This document shows positions 9,003-17,716 of a stretch of 64,000 bases of DNA, piece after piece. The stretch is from Candidatus Acidiferrum sp. (GTDB taxonomy: Bacteria; Chloroflexota; Dormibacteria; CF-121). Each line of letters opens with the position of its first letter. Position 1 is the first letter of the stretch. The translations under genes and the position numbers were made by a program. The notes under the pieces were generated by a model, which worked only from the letters and a program-made list of their open reading frames with translations, ran no database searches and was not told where the DNA came from. The stretch covers positions 77,416 through 141,415 of the forward strand of contig DATNMH010000068.1 of assembly GCA_035602395.1 (NCBI GenBank), given 5' to 3'.

Positions 9003-9413
9003 CTACTCGCGCGATAGGACCGACGGCACGCCGTTGGGCGAAAACCCCTTCTGAGTGTGACGCGCGGTGACCACGGTCTTGATGTTGCCTCGGACGTTGA
9101 AGTCGCCGATGACCTCCATGGACCGAGGGTCGAGCAGCGCGACCAGGTCATCGAGGATCCGGTTGACCGCCGCCTCGTGGAAGACCTCCTGGTCGCGGAA
9201 TTTGTTGATGTAAAGCTTCAGCGACTTGAGCTCGACCAGCTTCTGGTCGGGGATGTAGCGGATGCGGATCGTGGCGAAGTCGGGGAAGCCCGAATCGGGC
9301 GCGAGGCAGGTGAACTCGGGGATCGTGAAGTCAATCTCGTAGTCGCGCTCCGGCTTGCTATTGGGAACCGCCTCGAGCGTCGACTCCGCGATCATCTTCG
9401 CGCCGTATTTCAT
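9003..9413 (-). CDS. queF: QueF (preQ0 nitrile reductase, T-fold) homologue; canonical catalytic Cys replaced by Ala
   Basis: [35 protein letters not shown] motifs. Confidence 0.8.
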   Translation of the reverse strand: MKYGAKMIAESTLEAVPNSKPERDYEIDFTIPEFTCLAPDSGFPDFATIRIRYIPDQKLVELKSLKLYINKFRDQEVFHEAAVNRILDDLVALLDPRSMEVIGDFNVRGNIKTVVTARHTQKGFSPNGVPSVLSRE

Positions 9414-9459
9414 CGGTCAATGCTAACGCGGTACCGCGCACTGGTGGCAGGAATCCGCG

Positions 9460-10515
9460 TCAGGGCGTGACGGTGAAGGCGGTACGCGAGCTCGTCACGG
9501 CGCCGTCGCCGTTGGTGACCTGGACGACGTAATCCTGGACGACGCGTCCGGCCGGAACCTTGACCGTCAACTGCGATGGGTTGACGAAGGTGGCGGCCAG
9601 TCCGTCGAAGCCGCCGCTCGGGCTCGCCAGCGGGATGAACGAGACCCGAAGCATTGTTCCGTCGCTAAAGCCGCTGCCCTGAACGGTGACCAGCGTGTCC
9701 TGCGCCGCCGAGGCTTGGGTTGGGCTGACGGACTGGATGCTCGGTCCGCTGGACGGCGCGCTGGTAGTGTCGGTCCCGCGCAGCACCAGGTTGGCTGGCA
9801 GCGGCGCGAGCGGCATTGCCGTGCCAGCCTGGCGTCGCCATTGCGAGATGTCCGTCAGCGCGACGGTGATTGGCAAGACCCGCCCGCTTCCAGTCAAGAT
9901 GCCGACCACCTTGCCGCCGGGGCCCACGACCGGACCACCCAGGTTGCCGGGCAGGATATCGACCCGCAAGGCCAGCTGGGTATCGCTGCGCAGGACGACC
10001 ACCGCCGGGGTCGCGGTCCGCAGGTTGACGACCTTGGGGCTGGCCAGCAGCACTACCGGATCATCCACCTGGAGGACCGCGGGATCACCGAAGGCCAGCG
10101 GGGTGCCGTCGTTGCTGGCGCGCACCAGCGCGATCCCCAGGTCGGTGTCGATACCGATAAGGCGCACCAGGTGGGACCCGCCGGTGTTGTCGACGAGCCG
10201 CAGGCTCGCGCTGCCGTTCACGACGCTCGCCGCGGTGAGGAAGTCACCCTGGGGATCGATGAGAAAAGCCGTCGCGAACGCGTGGTCGTTGACGATTGTC
10301 ATCACGCCCTGGAGCGCGCGGTCGAGCTCCTCAGGCAGCAGCACCGCAGCGGGCGGCGCCGTGGGGGTCGGCGTTGGCACCGGCGTGGGAGCCGGCCGCG
10401 CCGCGCTCAGCCACTGGCCGGCCTTCGGCAGCAGGACCGCGATGCCGACCAGCACGAGGGTGATGACCAGCGCGGCGAGCGCCTGGTCCAGCCGGCTCTT
10501 CGGAAGACGGGTCAC
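9460..10515 (-). CDS. Membrane-anchored trypsin-like (HtrA/S1C) pseudo-protease with C-terminal IPT/TIG domain
   Basis: N-terminal TM plus PT-rich linker; TAFLIDPQGDFLTAASVV (His absent), DLGIALV, PGNLGGPVV (Ser absent); IPT-like SVSPTQ...VTVQGSGF...VQVTNGDG. Confidence 0.75.
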   Translation of the reverse strand: MTRLPKSRLDQALAALVITLVLVGIAVLLPKAGQWLSAARPAPTPVPTPTPTAPPAAVLLPEELDRALQGVMTIVNDHAFATAFLIDPQGDFLTAASVVNGSASLRLVDNTGGSHLVRLIGIDTDLGIALVRASNDGTPLAFGDPAVLQVDDPVVLLASPKVVNLRTATPAVVVLRSDTQLALRVDILPGNLGGPVVGPGGKVVGILTGSGRVLPITVALTDISQWRRQAGTAMPLAPLPANLVLRGTDTTSAPSSGPSIQSVSPTQASAAQDTLVTVQGSGFSDGTMLRVSFIPLASPSGGFDGLAATFVNPSQLTVKVPAGRVVQDYVVQVTNGDGAVTSSRTAFTVTP

Positions 10516-10579
10516 GGTGATTCAACGGAGGACCGCGGCCCTTTCTTGGGCGCGGCCAGTTTCCGATACATTCATCACG

Positions 10580-11722
10580 ATGCGGCTGCGGAATACGGAA
10601 ACGGGTGTGGTGCAGCCGCTGGAGCCCGCCCACCAGCCGGTCGGTGTCTACGTCTGTGGCATCACCCCGTATGACACGACCCACCTCGGCCACGCCTTCA
10701 CCTACGTCGCCTTTGACGTGTTAGTCCGGGCGCTCCGGGCCGCCGGGAAACCGGTTCGCTACGTGCAGAACGTGACCGACGTCGACGACGACATCATCCG
10801 CCGGGCTCGCGAACTGGGCACCACCTGGGATCGGCTGGCGGTAAAGGAGACCGCCCTGTATGAGGCCGACATGGCGGCGCTCAACGTGCGGCCGCCGGAC
10901 GTCTTCCCCAGGGCGAGCCAGACGATCCCGAAGATCATCGACCTCGTGCGCTTGCTCGAGGCGCAGGGCCACGCCTACCAGCGAGACGGCAACGTCTATT
11001 TCCGCGTGGGCAGCGTGACCGATTACGGCCGCCTGAGTCGTCTGAGTCGCGAGAAGATGATCAAGCTATCCGCGCTGCGCGGGGCCGATCCGAACGACCC
11101 CCGCAAGCAGGACCCGCTCGATTTCGTGCTCTGGCAGGGAAGCGCGCCGGACGAGCCCCGCTGGGAGAGCCCCTGGGGCGAGGGACGACCCGGTTGGCAC
11201 ATCGAGTGTTCGGCGATGGCGCTGGAGCACCTCGGCGAGCAGGTCGACGTGCATGGCGGCGGCTCTGACCTGATCTTTCCCCATCATGAAAGCGAGATCG
11301 CGCAGTCCGAGTCGGTGACGGGTGTCCGGCCGTTCGCCCGCATCTGGGTGCACGTCGGCATGCTTCGCTACCACGGCGAGAAGATGAGCAAGTCATTGCG
11401 CAATCTCGTGCTCGTTGCCGACCTGCTCCGGCGCTACGACGCCGACAGCATCCGGGTGCTGCTGCTCCGGCATCACTACCGCGAACCGTGGGAGTACACC
11501 GCGGACCAGCTGGACGACGCGTCGGCATGGACTCGACGATTGCGGGAAGCCACGCGCGGTGCGGGGACCGGCGGGGGTGACAGCCCGCTGGCAGTCCGAG
11601 CCGCCCTCGAGGATGATCTCGACACGCCGCGCGCTTTGCGCCTGCTCGAGGATGCGGTCACTGGCGGCGACGCCGGCTGGCGAAGCGCCGCAGAAATCCT
11701 GGGGCTTCGACTCGGGCCCTGA
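10580..11722 (+). CDS. MshC-like cysteine ligase (class I CysRS paralogue lacking anticodon domain)
   Basis: Start ATG 10580; [58 protein letters not shown]; only 380 aa. Confidence 0.8.
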   Translation: MRLRNTETGVVQPLEPAHQPVGVYVCGITPYDTTHLGHAFTYVAFDVLVRALRAAGKPVRYVQNVTDVDDDIIRRARELGTTWDRLAVKETALYEADMAALNVRPPDVFPRASQTIPKIIDLVRLLEAQGHAYQRDGNVYFRVGSVTDYGRLSRLSREKMIKLSALRGADPNDPRKQDPLDFVLWQGSAPDEPRWESPWGEGRPGWHIECSAMALEHLGEQVDVHGGGSDLIFPHHESEIAQSESVTGVRPFARIWVHVGMLRYHGEKMSKSLRNLVLVADLLRRYDADSIRVLLLRHHYREPWEYTADQLDDASAWTRRLREATRGAGTGGGDSPLAVRAALEDDLDTPRALRLLEDAVTGGDAGWRSAAEILGLRLGP

Positions 11723-11730
11723 GGAAAACG

Positions 11731-11762
11731 AAAAAGGCGCCCGGGTGGCGGGCGCCTTTCTC
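11731..11762. terminator. Bidirectional intrinsic terminator
   Basis: AAAAAGGCGCCCG-GGTGG-CGGGCGCCTTTCT between convergent genes. Confidence 0.8.
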
Positions 11763-11781
11763 TAATGGGGGAGGGAGCTAG

Positions 11782-12303
11782 TTAGTCGCCCTCGCGCGAG
11801 GTCGTCTGGACTTCCGGCTTGTCAGCCTTCTCGACGTCGGGCTTCTCAGCCTTGTCTTTTTCCGGCTGCTTGACTTCCGGCTTATCGACGTTCGGTTGGG
11901 TGGACTCAGCCTTGATTTCGGCGACCGCCGCGGTGTATTCCGCGGTCAGGTTCGTAATCGCGGCGCAGGTCGCGGTCTCGATCGCCGTCACCCTGGCAGC
12001 TAGTGCCACGGGGTTGTTTCCGTCTTCCTCGTCGGTGTTGGCCTTGAGCTCCGCGATGGCGCTGTTGGCCTCGCTGACGATTTCGCTGAGGGCTGCCGAG
12101 GTCTCAACGTTGAGCTCGGTAACTGCAGCTTTCCCCTCGCCGGTCAGGGACGACGGGTCGGTCACGGTGAATTTGGCCGCGCAGGCCGCAATCGCGGCGT
12201 CAGGCGTTGCCGTCGGGGTCGTGTCGTCGGCGAGGCTTGCCACGCTCGTCCAGAGCGTGAGTCCGCCAGCGACAAGGAGGGCGCCGAATACGTTTCGCTT
12301 CAT
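11782..12303 (-). CDS. Secreted hypothetical protein, helical Ala-rich with charged KPE/KPD C-terminal repeats
   Basis: Signal peptide MKRNVFGALLVAGGLTLWTSVASLA; tail DKPEVKQPEKDKAEKPDVEKADKPEV. Confidence 0.75.
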   Translation of the reverse strand: MKRNVFGALLVAGGLTLWTSVASLADDTTPTATPDAAIAACAAKFTVTDPSSLTGEGKAAVTELNVETSAALSEIVSEANSAIAELKANTDEEDGNNPVALAARVTAIETATCAAITNLTAEYTAAVAEIKAESTQPNVDKPEVKQPEKDKAEKPDVEKADKPEVQTTSREGD

Positions 12304-12385
12304 GCATTCTTATACGCACCTCATCGAGTGGATATTCGTAACGATGTCGCATCCAGGTCACGCCCGGGCTACGCGGCGGTGATGA

Positions 12386-12411
12386 GCGCGCTCCGGCGTG
12401 GAAAAGCGCGC
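12386..12411. repeat. Single hairpin element sharing its 12-nt loop with the 14111-14207 array
   Basis: GCGCGCT-CCGGCGTGGAAA-AGCGCGC. Confidence 0.7.
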
Positions 12412-12413
12412 GG

Positions 12414-12833
12414 TTAGCTAATGCGATGAACCCGCGGTAACCCCGGCGGCGGGAACGCGGGCAGATCGGTCGGGCCGCGGCGATCGAGGTCCTCTCGCAA
12501 GGCGGCGGTCTCGCGCACCAACCGCTCGACATCGATCGTCATACAGCTCGGCCGGTAGGCCTCCAGCTTGGCAAGTCCGTGGCCGAGCTTGGCGACGGCG
12601 CCGCGCCAGTTGCCGCGCCGCCAGTGATAGAAGCCAACTCCGACCTGCAGGATCCCCTGATACAGGTAGCGGACCTCGTCGGGCTCGTGCATCCAGATGC
12701 CCTCGAGCGTTTCGTGCTGCTCGAAGAATTCCTGCCGGTTGAACTCCTCGATGCCATGCAGCAGGGCCGCCGGCGGCGGGTCATCGCATCGGGCGGTGCG
12801 GCGGGGCGCGGTCTTCTTCGGGTGGACGCTCAC
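12414..12833 (-). CDS. DUF309 domain protein
   Basis: GIEEFNRQEFFEQHETLEGIW...YQGILQVGVGFYHWRRGN. Confidence 0.85.
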   Translation of the reverse strand: MSVHPKKTAPRRTARCDDPPPAALLHGIEEFNRQEFFEQHETLEGIWMHEPDEVRYLYQGILQVGVGFYHWRRGNWRGAVAKLGHGLAKLEAYRPSCMTIDVERLVRETAALREDLDRRGPTDLPAFPPPGLPRVHRIS

Positions 12834-12858
12834 CGGGATATCGCCCGAAGCGCACCCG

Positions 12859-14085
12859 TCACGCCGAGCTCTGGCTGTCGGTCAGCGAGACCTGGGCCTC
12901 ATCGCCGTCGGGCGAAGCCCCTGGCAATTCCAGATAGAAGGTCGTGCCCTTGCCCTCGAGGCTGTTCGCCCAGGCGCGCCCACCGTGCGCTTCGGCCACC
13001 CGGCGCAACAGATAGAGGCCGAGGCCCTGGCCACGCTCCGGTTGCTGTTCGGCCAGCGGAGCGAAGAGCTCCTCCAGCCGGTCGGCCGACATGCCGGGGC
13101 CGTCGTCCTTCACGATCAGCTGATACCGGTCGTGGCTCGCCTGCCGCAAACGAAGCTGCACGACGGTGGCGCTCCGCGCGTGCTTGAACACGTTGTGAAG
13201 CATCTCGTCGAGCGCCGCCTCCAGCAAGGTGGCGTCGCCCCACACGTCCGCCTGGGTGTCGAGCTGGAGGCGCAACTCCATGCCAACGCCGGCCATCCGC
13301 TCGCGGATGCGTCGCGCCGCCTCCTGGGCGACGGCGCCCAGCGAGACGCGGACGGTGAAGGCCAGTTCGAGCGGAAGACGAGAGAGCAGGAGCACCTGGT
13401 CCGCGATCCGCATCAGGGTCTCCGCTTGCTGCGCCAGCCGCTGGGCGACGAGCGGCATCTCGTTGACGGGGACCTCGTTGCTCCGCAGCATGTCGGCATA
13501 GCCGCGCAGGATGGCGAGCGGCTCCTTGACCTCCTCCGATGCGAGCCGCACCGCCGAGACGGGCGTCCGCGATTGGCCGTTGGTTGGCGTCGATTGCTGC
13601 AGCAGCCGGGGCGCGAGCAGTCCGGCCACTACCAGGAGCAGATCCTGGTCCTCGGGGGAATAGACCCGGGCGCCCTTGCCCAGCACCGCCAGGGTTCCCG
13701 ATAGCTCGCCTGTCTTGCCATGCCAGCTGGTGCCCAGGTAGCTCACGATGCCCAGCTGTGCCCGCATCTGCAGGCTTTTGAAGGGCTGGCGCTTGCCGGC
13801 ATCCGCAACACTGAGAACGCCACCCTCGGCCTCATCCTCGGCGTTGGCGAAGGTCGACTCCAGGGGCAGGCGCAAGCCCGACGCGATCGGAGGGCCGCTT
13901 TCCACGATGGCCGACATGATCTCGAGCGTGTCGTCATCAATCTTGCCGAGAAAGGCCGCGCGCCCATCGAGTGCCTCGACCAGGCACGACAGGGCGTGAT
14001 CGACGAGGTCGGGAAGAGGCCGATCGAGATTGGCGACCACCAGGCGGCGGACTACGCTCAGGCGAGACTGGGGGTCAGGGCTCAT
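12859..14085 (-). CDS. GAF-domain sensor histidine kinase-like protein lacking the phospho-acceptor His
   Basis: GAF (IVSYLGTSW...GTLAVL); H-box reads ASEEVKEPLAILRGY; HATPase boxes HNVFKHA, VKDDGPGM, GQGLGL, GTTFYLELP. Confidence 0.85.
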   Translation of the reverse strand: MSPDPQSRLSVVRRLVVANLDRPLPDLVDHALSCLVEALDGRAAFLGKIDDDTLEIMSAIVESGPPIASGLRLPLESTFANAEDEAEGGVLSVADAGKRQPFKSLQMRAQLGIVSYLGTSWHGKTGELSGTLAVLGKGARVYSPEDQDLLLVVAGLLAPRLLQQSTPTNGQSRTPVSAVRLASEEVKEPLAILRGYADMLRSNEVPVNEMPLVAQRLAQQAETLMRIADQVLLLSRLPLELAFTVRVSLGAVAQEAARRIRERMAGVGMELRLQLDTQADVWGDATLLEAALDEMLHNVFKHARSATVVQLRLRQASHDRYQLIVKDDGPGMSADRLEELFAPLAEQQPERGQGLGLYLLRRVAEAHGGRAWANSLEGKGTTFYLELPGASPDGDEAQVSLTDSQSSA

Positions 14086-14110
14086 GAAGGGGCGCCCACG
14101 GTTATAACAG

Positions 14111-14207
14111 TAAGCGGCCCCGGTGTGGAAAGGCCGCGTGTCATAAGCGGCCCCGGCGTGGAAAGGCCGCGTGTCATAAGCGGCCCCGGTGTGGAAAGGC
14201 CGCGTGT
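14111..14207. repeat. 33-bp tandem repeat x3, each unit a hairpin
   Basis: TAAGCGGCCCCGG(T/C)GTGGAAAGGCCGCGTGTCA at 14111, 14144, 14177 (third lacks final CA); internal GCGGCC/GGCCGC inverted repeat; no spacers. Confidence 0.95.
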
Positions 14208-14221
14208 AAAGTTCTTAGAAT

Positions 14222-15109
14222 TTGCCAGCATTGGCTGAGGTATCCAACGGGCGCGCGAACCTGCACCTGCACACCGTCTTCAGCGACGGTGAACTCGAGC
14301 CGGCTGAGGTCGTGCAGGCCCACGCCGCCGCCGGCTTTGACGCCATCGCGTTGACCGACCATGACACGCTGGCGGGGATCGACGCGCTGGGCGGCCTCGA
14401 GGGACGCTCGCTGCGGATGGTTGCCGGCGTCGAATTGTCGATCGAGGATGAGCCAGGTCGCGGGCTGGTCGACGTGCATCTGCTCGGCTACGGCTTTGCG
14501 GTCGGTGATCGGCGGTTGCGACGGCGGCTCCACGAAGCCAGCGAGGCGCGCGAGGCGCAGAAGGTCGAGACCGTTCGGCGGCTGGCGGCGGCGGGTTTCA
14601 AGGTGGCGTGGGGTGACGTGCGAGCGCGGGCGCGCGGCAACGTGGGTAAGCCGCATATCGTGGCCGCCATCGAGGCGGCGCAGCCGGGTGTCGTGCGCGA
14701 GGAACTCTACGCCGCGATGGGCCCCGGTGGTGCGGCGCACGTGCCCCGGACAAAAGAGATGTCGCTGGACGAAGGGGTCGACTTGATTGGGGGGGCCGGC
14801 GGCGTGACCGTGCTGGCACACCCCGGCGTCTACCGCCATGTGTCCGACCTGGAGGTGCTGTTTCGAACCTGCGCCGTGGCCGGCGTCCTCGGACTCGAGG
14901 TGACCTATCCCCAGGCACCCGATGATCCCTATGGGCCGAAGAGTGCGGCGTTGATCGAGCGCTTCGTCAAGGTGGCGGCATCCTATGGATGGGTCGCGAC
15001 CGGCGGTGACGATTTCCACGGGCCACAGGTGACGCCACTGATCCGCCTGGCCGGTTGGACGGCGACGCCGGCGACCAGCGTCGACGAGTTACTCGCTCGC
15101 CGCAGCTAG
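14222..15109 (+). CDS. PHP domain phosphoesterase (TrpH/YciV-like)
   Basis: NLHLHTVFSDG, ALTDHDT, GVELS, VHLLGY, LAHPG, GGDDFHG. Confidence 0.9.
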   Translation: MPALAEVSNGRANLHLHTVFSDGELEPAEVVQAHAAAGFDAIALTDHDTLAGIDALGGLEGRSLRMVAGVELSIEDEPGRGLVDVHLLGYGFAVGDRRLRRRLHEASEAREAQKVETVRRLAAAGFKVAWGDVRARARGNVGKPHIVAAIEAAQPGVVREELYAAMGPGGAAHVPRTKEMSLDEGVDLIGGAGGVTVLAHPGVYRHVSDLEVLFRTCAVAGVLGLEVTYPQAPDDPYGPKSAALIERFVKVAASYGWVATGGDDFHGPQVTPLIRLAGWTATPATSVDELLARRS

Positions 15110-16545
15110 CGCGTTGTCAGGAATCGCGTAATCGCTTCGACCACCGCGTCGGGCCGATCGAGGGGAAGGAAGTGCCCACCCGGGTCGATGATCTCGACCG
15201 TCGAGTTGCGGAATTTACGCTGGAGGACCTCCGCCCAGCGTGGCTCGAGGAAGGCGTCATTCGCGCCCCAGAGGATCAGGGTCGGTGTCTCGATCTCCTC
15301 GATGTGCTTCGACCGACCCACGAGGTCGCGGTTGTTGAGCGCCCGCGCGGCTCGTAGGTAGGCGCGGCGTCCGCCCAGGTCCTGGAAGGGCCGCGTCCAC
15401 TCGTCGACGACCTCGTCGGTGACGCGGCCCGCGGTGACGATGCCCTTCTCGAGTCCCTCCCGCAAACCCTTGCGCATGTCGATGTTGACCATGATCTGGT
15501 CCCACGCCGGTTCTTTCAGCCGCGCGATGACCGGCACCGGCCAGTTGTTGTCGGCAGCGCTATCGATCAAGATCAGCCGGGCCACCCGGTCTGGTTCGTC
15601 GACCGCCATCAGCTGCGCGACCCCGCCGCCGATATCGTGGCCGATGACTGCGGCCTGGTGGATCCCGATGGTTTCCATGAACGCGACCATGTAGCGCGCC
15701 TGCGCCGCGATCGACAGGTCGGCGTCGAGCCGTTTGTCGGAATCACCGTAGCCGAGCAGGTCGGGCGCCAGGACATCGAACGTTGCCGACAGCGGATCGA
15801 TGACGTCTCGCCAGAGGTACGACGAGCTTGGAATTCCATGCAAAAGAAGAATGGGCGGCCCCTGCCCCTTGCGGACGTAGGCGATGTCGCCGGCGAAGGT
15901 GCGGATCTTGCGCTTGCCTCTTGCGAGCGGCGCCATGCTGATGAGCTCGGTGGTCATCGACGGCGAGACGGTCGGCGTTGACGGTCGCTCGAGGGCTGAT
16001 GGCGGCGCCGCGAAACGGGGCGGCGGCTCGTACGTCGCAGCGGGCGCGGTCGGGGGAGGCGCGGTCGCGGATGGCGCGGCCGTCAGTGTCGCGGGTTCGG
16101 CTCCGCGCCGCTGAAGGATGATGTTCGTCGAGCTGGCGCGCGCGATCAGCTGGTTCTGCTGGTCCAGGACGTCGGCCTCGGCGACGGCGACCTGCTGGCC
16201 GCGTTGCACCACCCGGCCGATCGATCGCAGCATGCCGGAATCGGCGGTGGCCGCCTTCAAAAAGTTGACGTGGAGTTCCGCCGTGGTGAAGGTCTCACCT
16301 GGCGCGAGCGTGCTGAAGACCGCAAAACCCATCGCACTATCGGCGAGCGAGGTGATCGCGCCGCCGTGCACCACGTTGTTGGGGTTGTAGAGCTGGCTGG
16401 TCGAAGGCATCTCGAAGGTTGCGCTGCCATCGGCCACCGCGATGAAGCGCATGTTGAGCAGCCGCACGTAGGGCGGTGGAGGCGCCGCACCACGCAGGGC
16501 GGCTTCGAGGAGGTCACGACCGGACGGTTCGGCCGGTGCGGCCAT
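15106..16545 (-). CDS. PaaI-type hotdog thioesterase fused to an alpha/beta hydrolase
   Basis: Start ATG 16545; NPNNVVHGGAITSLADSAMG (PaaI); PA-rich linker; LLLHGIPSS, PDLLGYG, GHDIGG nucleophile elbow, GGHFLPLD. Confidence 0.85.
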   Translation of the reverse strand: MAAPAEPSGRDLLEAALRGAAPPPPYVRLLNMRFIAVADGSATFEMPSTSQLYNPNNVVHGGAITSLADSAMGFAVFSTLAPGETFTTAELHVNFLKAATADSGMLRSIGRVVQRGQQVAVAEADVLDQQNQLIARASSTNIILQRRGAEPATLTAAPSATAPPPTAPAATYEPPPRFAAPPSALERPSTPTVSPSMTTELISMAPLARGKRKIRTFAGDIAYVRKGQGPPILLLHGIPSSSYLWRDVIDPLSATFDVLAPDLLGYGDSDKRLDADLSIAAQARYMVAFMETIGIHQAAVIGHDIGGGVAQLMAVDEPDRVARLILIDSAADNNWPVPVIARLKEPAWDQIMVNIDMRKGLREGLEKGIVTAGRVTDEVVDEWTRPFQDLGGRRAYLRAARALNNRDLVGRSKHIEEIETPTLILWGANDAFLEPRWAEVLQRKFRNSTVEIIDPGGHFLPLDRPDAVVEAITRFLTTR

Positions 16546-16672
16546 CGCCACGCATTGTACGGCCGAGCCTGCCTCAGCACCTGACAGGTTTTGGTCTGTG
16601 CGTGACTGAGATTTTTGGTTACGGCGCGCCCGTAACGGCCGCGTGACGGTCGTGTGATACATCGTCGCGGCG

Positions 16673-17716
16673 ATGCAAGCCATCGTCACCGGGAACAGTT
16701 GGTCCTGTGTAGGCCGCGTCGACCTGCAAATAGGGGGAGAGAAAAGGGGGACTTTTCTGAAGTACGCCGCGCCGCGATTTGCTACACATTCGGCCGTTCT
16801 GCTGATGGCAGCCGCGATGCCATGGGTCGTGTTCCATGTACCGGTGGGCGCCTCCCCCGCGATGGCCGGCGGCACGGTCCCCGGTGTTGCCCTGGCGCAA
16901 GCGCCCTTCGGTCGCGCGGTCGACGGCATTGGATGGTCGATGAGTGGCTCGCTGGTCGTCCCGGCGCTCCCGGCAACCCCGCCCGCTGAGAAGCACCGCG
17001 ACATCATCTATTACCAGGCGGTCGATGGCGACACACTCCGGGCCCAGGCCTCGAAGTACGGGTTGTCCGTTAACACGCTCCTCTGGTCGAACCCCATGCT
17101 GGTTGACCGATTGACGGCCGGCCAGACCGTCGTCATCCCGCCGGTGGACGGAGTGCTCGTCAAGGTCGCGGCCAAAGACACCGTCGCCTCTCTGGCGCAG
17201 AAGTACCGCGCCGAGTCCGACGCGATCATCGAGTTCAACCTGCTGCGGCATCCCGAGACCTTGCCGGTGGACGACTACTTGATGGTGCCCTACGGCGTCG
17301 GTCCCGAGCCCGCGTCCGTCCCGCAGCCTACCGCCCAGACGGTTAGCGCCGGCAAGCGCTCCTGGTACGTCACGCCGGTCTACTCCGCGGGTGGGGCCAG
17401 CTATCCGTTCGGCCAGTGCACCTGGTACGTCAACACCCGGCGGCCGGCGCCCTGGGGTGGCAATGCCTGGCAATGGTTTGGACGGGCGCGCGCCTACGGC
17501 CGTCCCGAAGGGCCCACCCCCCGGGTCGGCGCCATCATGGTGACCTGGGAGTCACCCTATTGGGGCCATGTCGCCTACGTCGAGCAGGTCTACGCCGACG
17601 GCAGCTGGCTGGTCTCGGAGATGAACTACGCGAGCCCGACCGGCGGCGGCTGGGGGCGGGTCAGTTACCGGCACGTCATCCCGGGCACGGTTCCGCTGAT
17701 CGGCTTCATCTACTGA
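16673..17716 (+). CDS. LysM (x2) plus CHAP domain peptidoglycan amidase/endopeptidase; start uncertain
   Basis: GDTLRAQASKYGLSVNTLLWSN and DTVASLAQKYRAESDAIIEFN LysM repeats; CHAP YPFGQCTWYV...GHVAYVEQV...VSEMNY. Confidence 0.88.
   Translation: MQAIVTGNSWSCVGRVDLQIGGEKRGTFLKYAAPRFATHSAVLLMAAAMPWVVFHVPVGASPAMAGGTVPGVALAQAPFGRAVDGIGWSMSGSLVVPALPATPPAEKHRDIIYYQAVDGDTLRAQASKYGLSVNTLLWSNPMLVDRLTAGQTVVIPPVDGVLVKVAAKDTVASLAQKYRAESDAIIEFNLLRHPETLPVDDYLMVPYGVGPEPASVPQPTAQTVSAGKRSWYVTPVYSAGGASYPFGQCTWYVNTRRPAPWGGNAWQWFGRARAYGRPEGPTPRVGAIMVTWESPYWGHVAYVEQVYADGSWLVSEMNYASPTGGGWGRVSYRHVIPGTVPLIGFIY

Noticed and set aside
9414-9460. preQ1 riboswitch upstream of queF
   Set aside because: No preQ1 consensus visible; a -10 box 6 nt before the ATG implies a leaderless mRNA with no room for one.
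10580-11722. Canonical cysteinyl-tRNA synthetase (cysS)
   Set aside because: MshC-type CGITPYD/HLGH motifs and no anticodon-binding domain; symbol withheld pending phylogeny.
14123-14200. DnaA boxes / oriC (TGTGGAAAG resembles TGTGGATAA)
   Set aside because: Two mismatches per box, GC-rich context, no AT-rich unwinding element and no dnaA/dnaN nearby.
14111-14207. CRISPR array
   Set aside because: Units are directly adjacent with no unique spacers, and there are no cas genes in the window.
16673-17716. Prophage endolysin
   Set aside because: No holin, structural or integrase genes nearby; LysM-LysM-CHAP fits a host cell-wall hydrolase.
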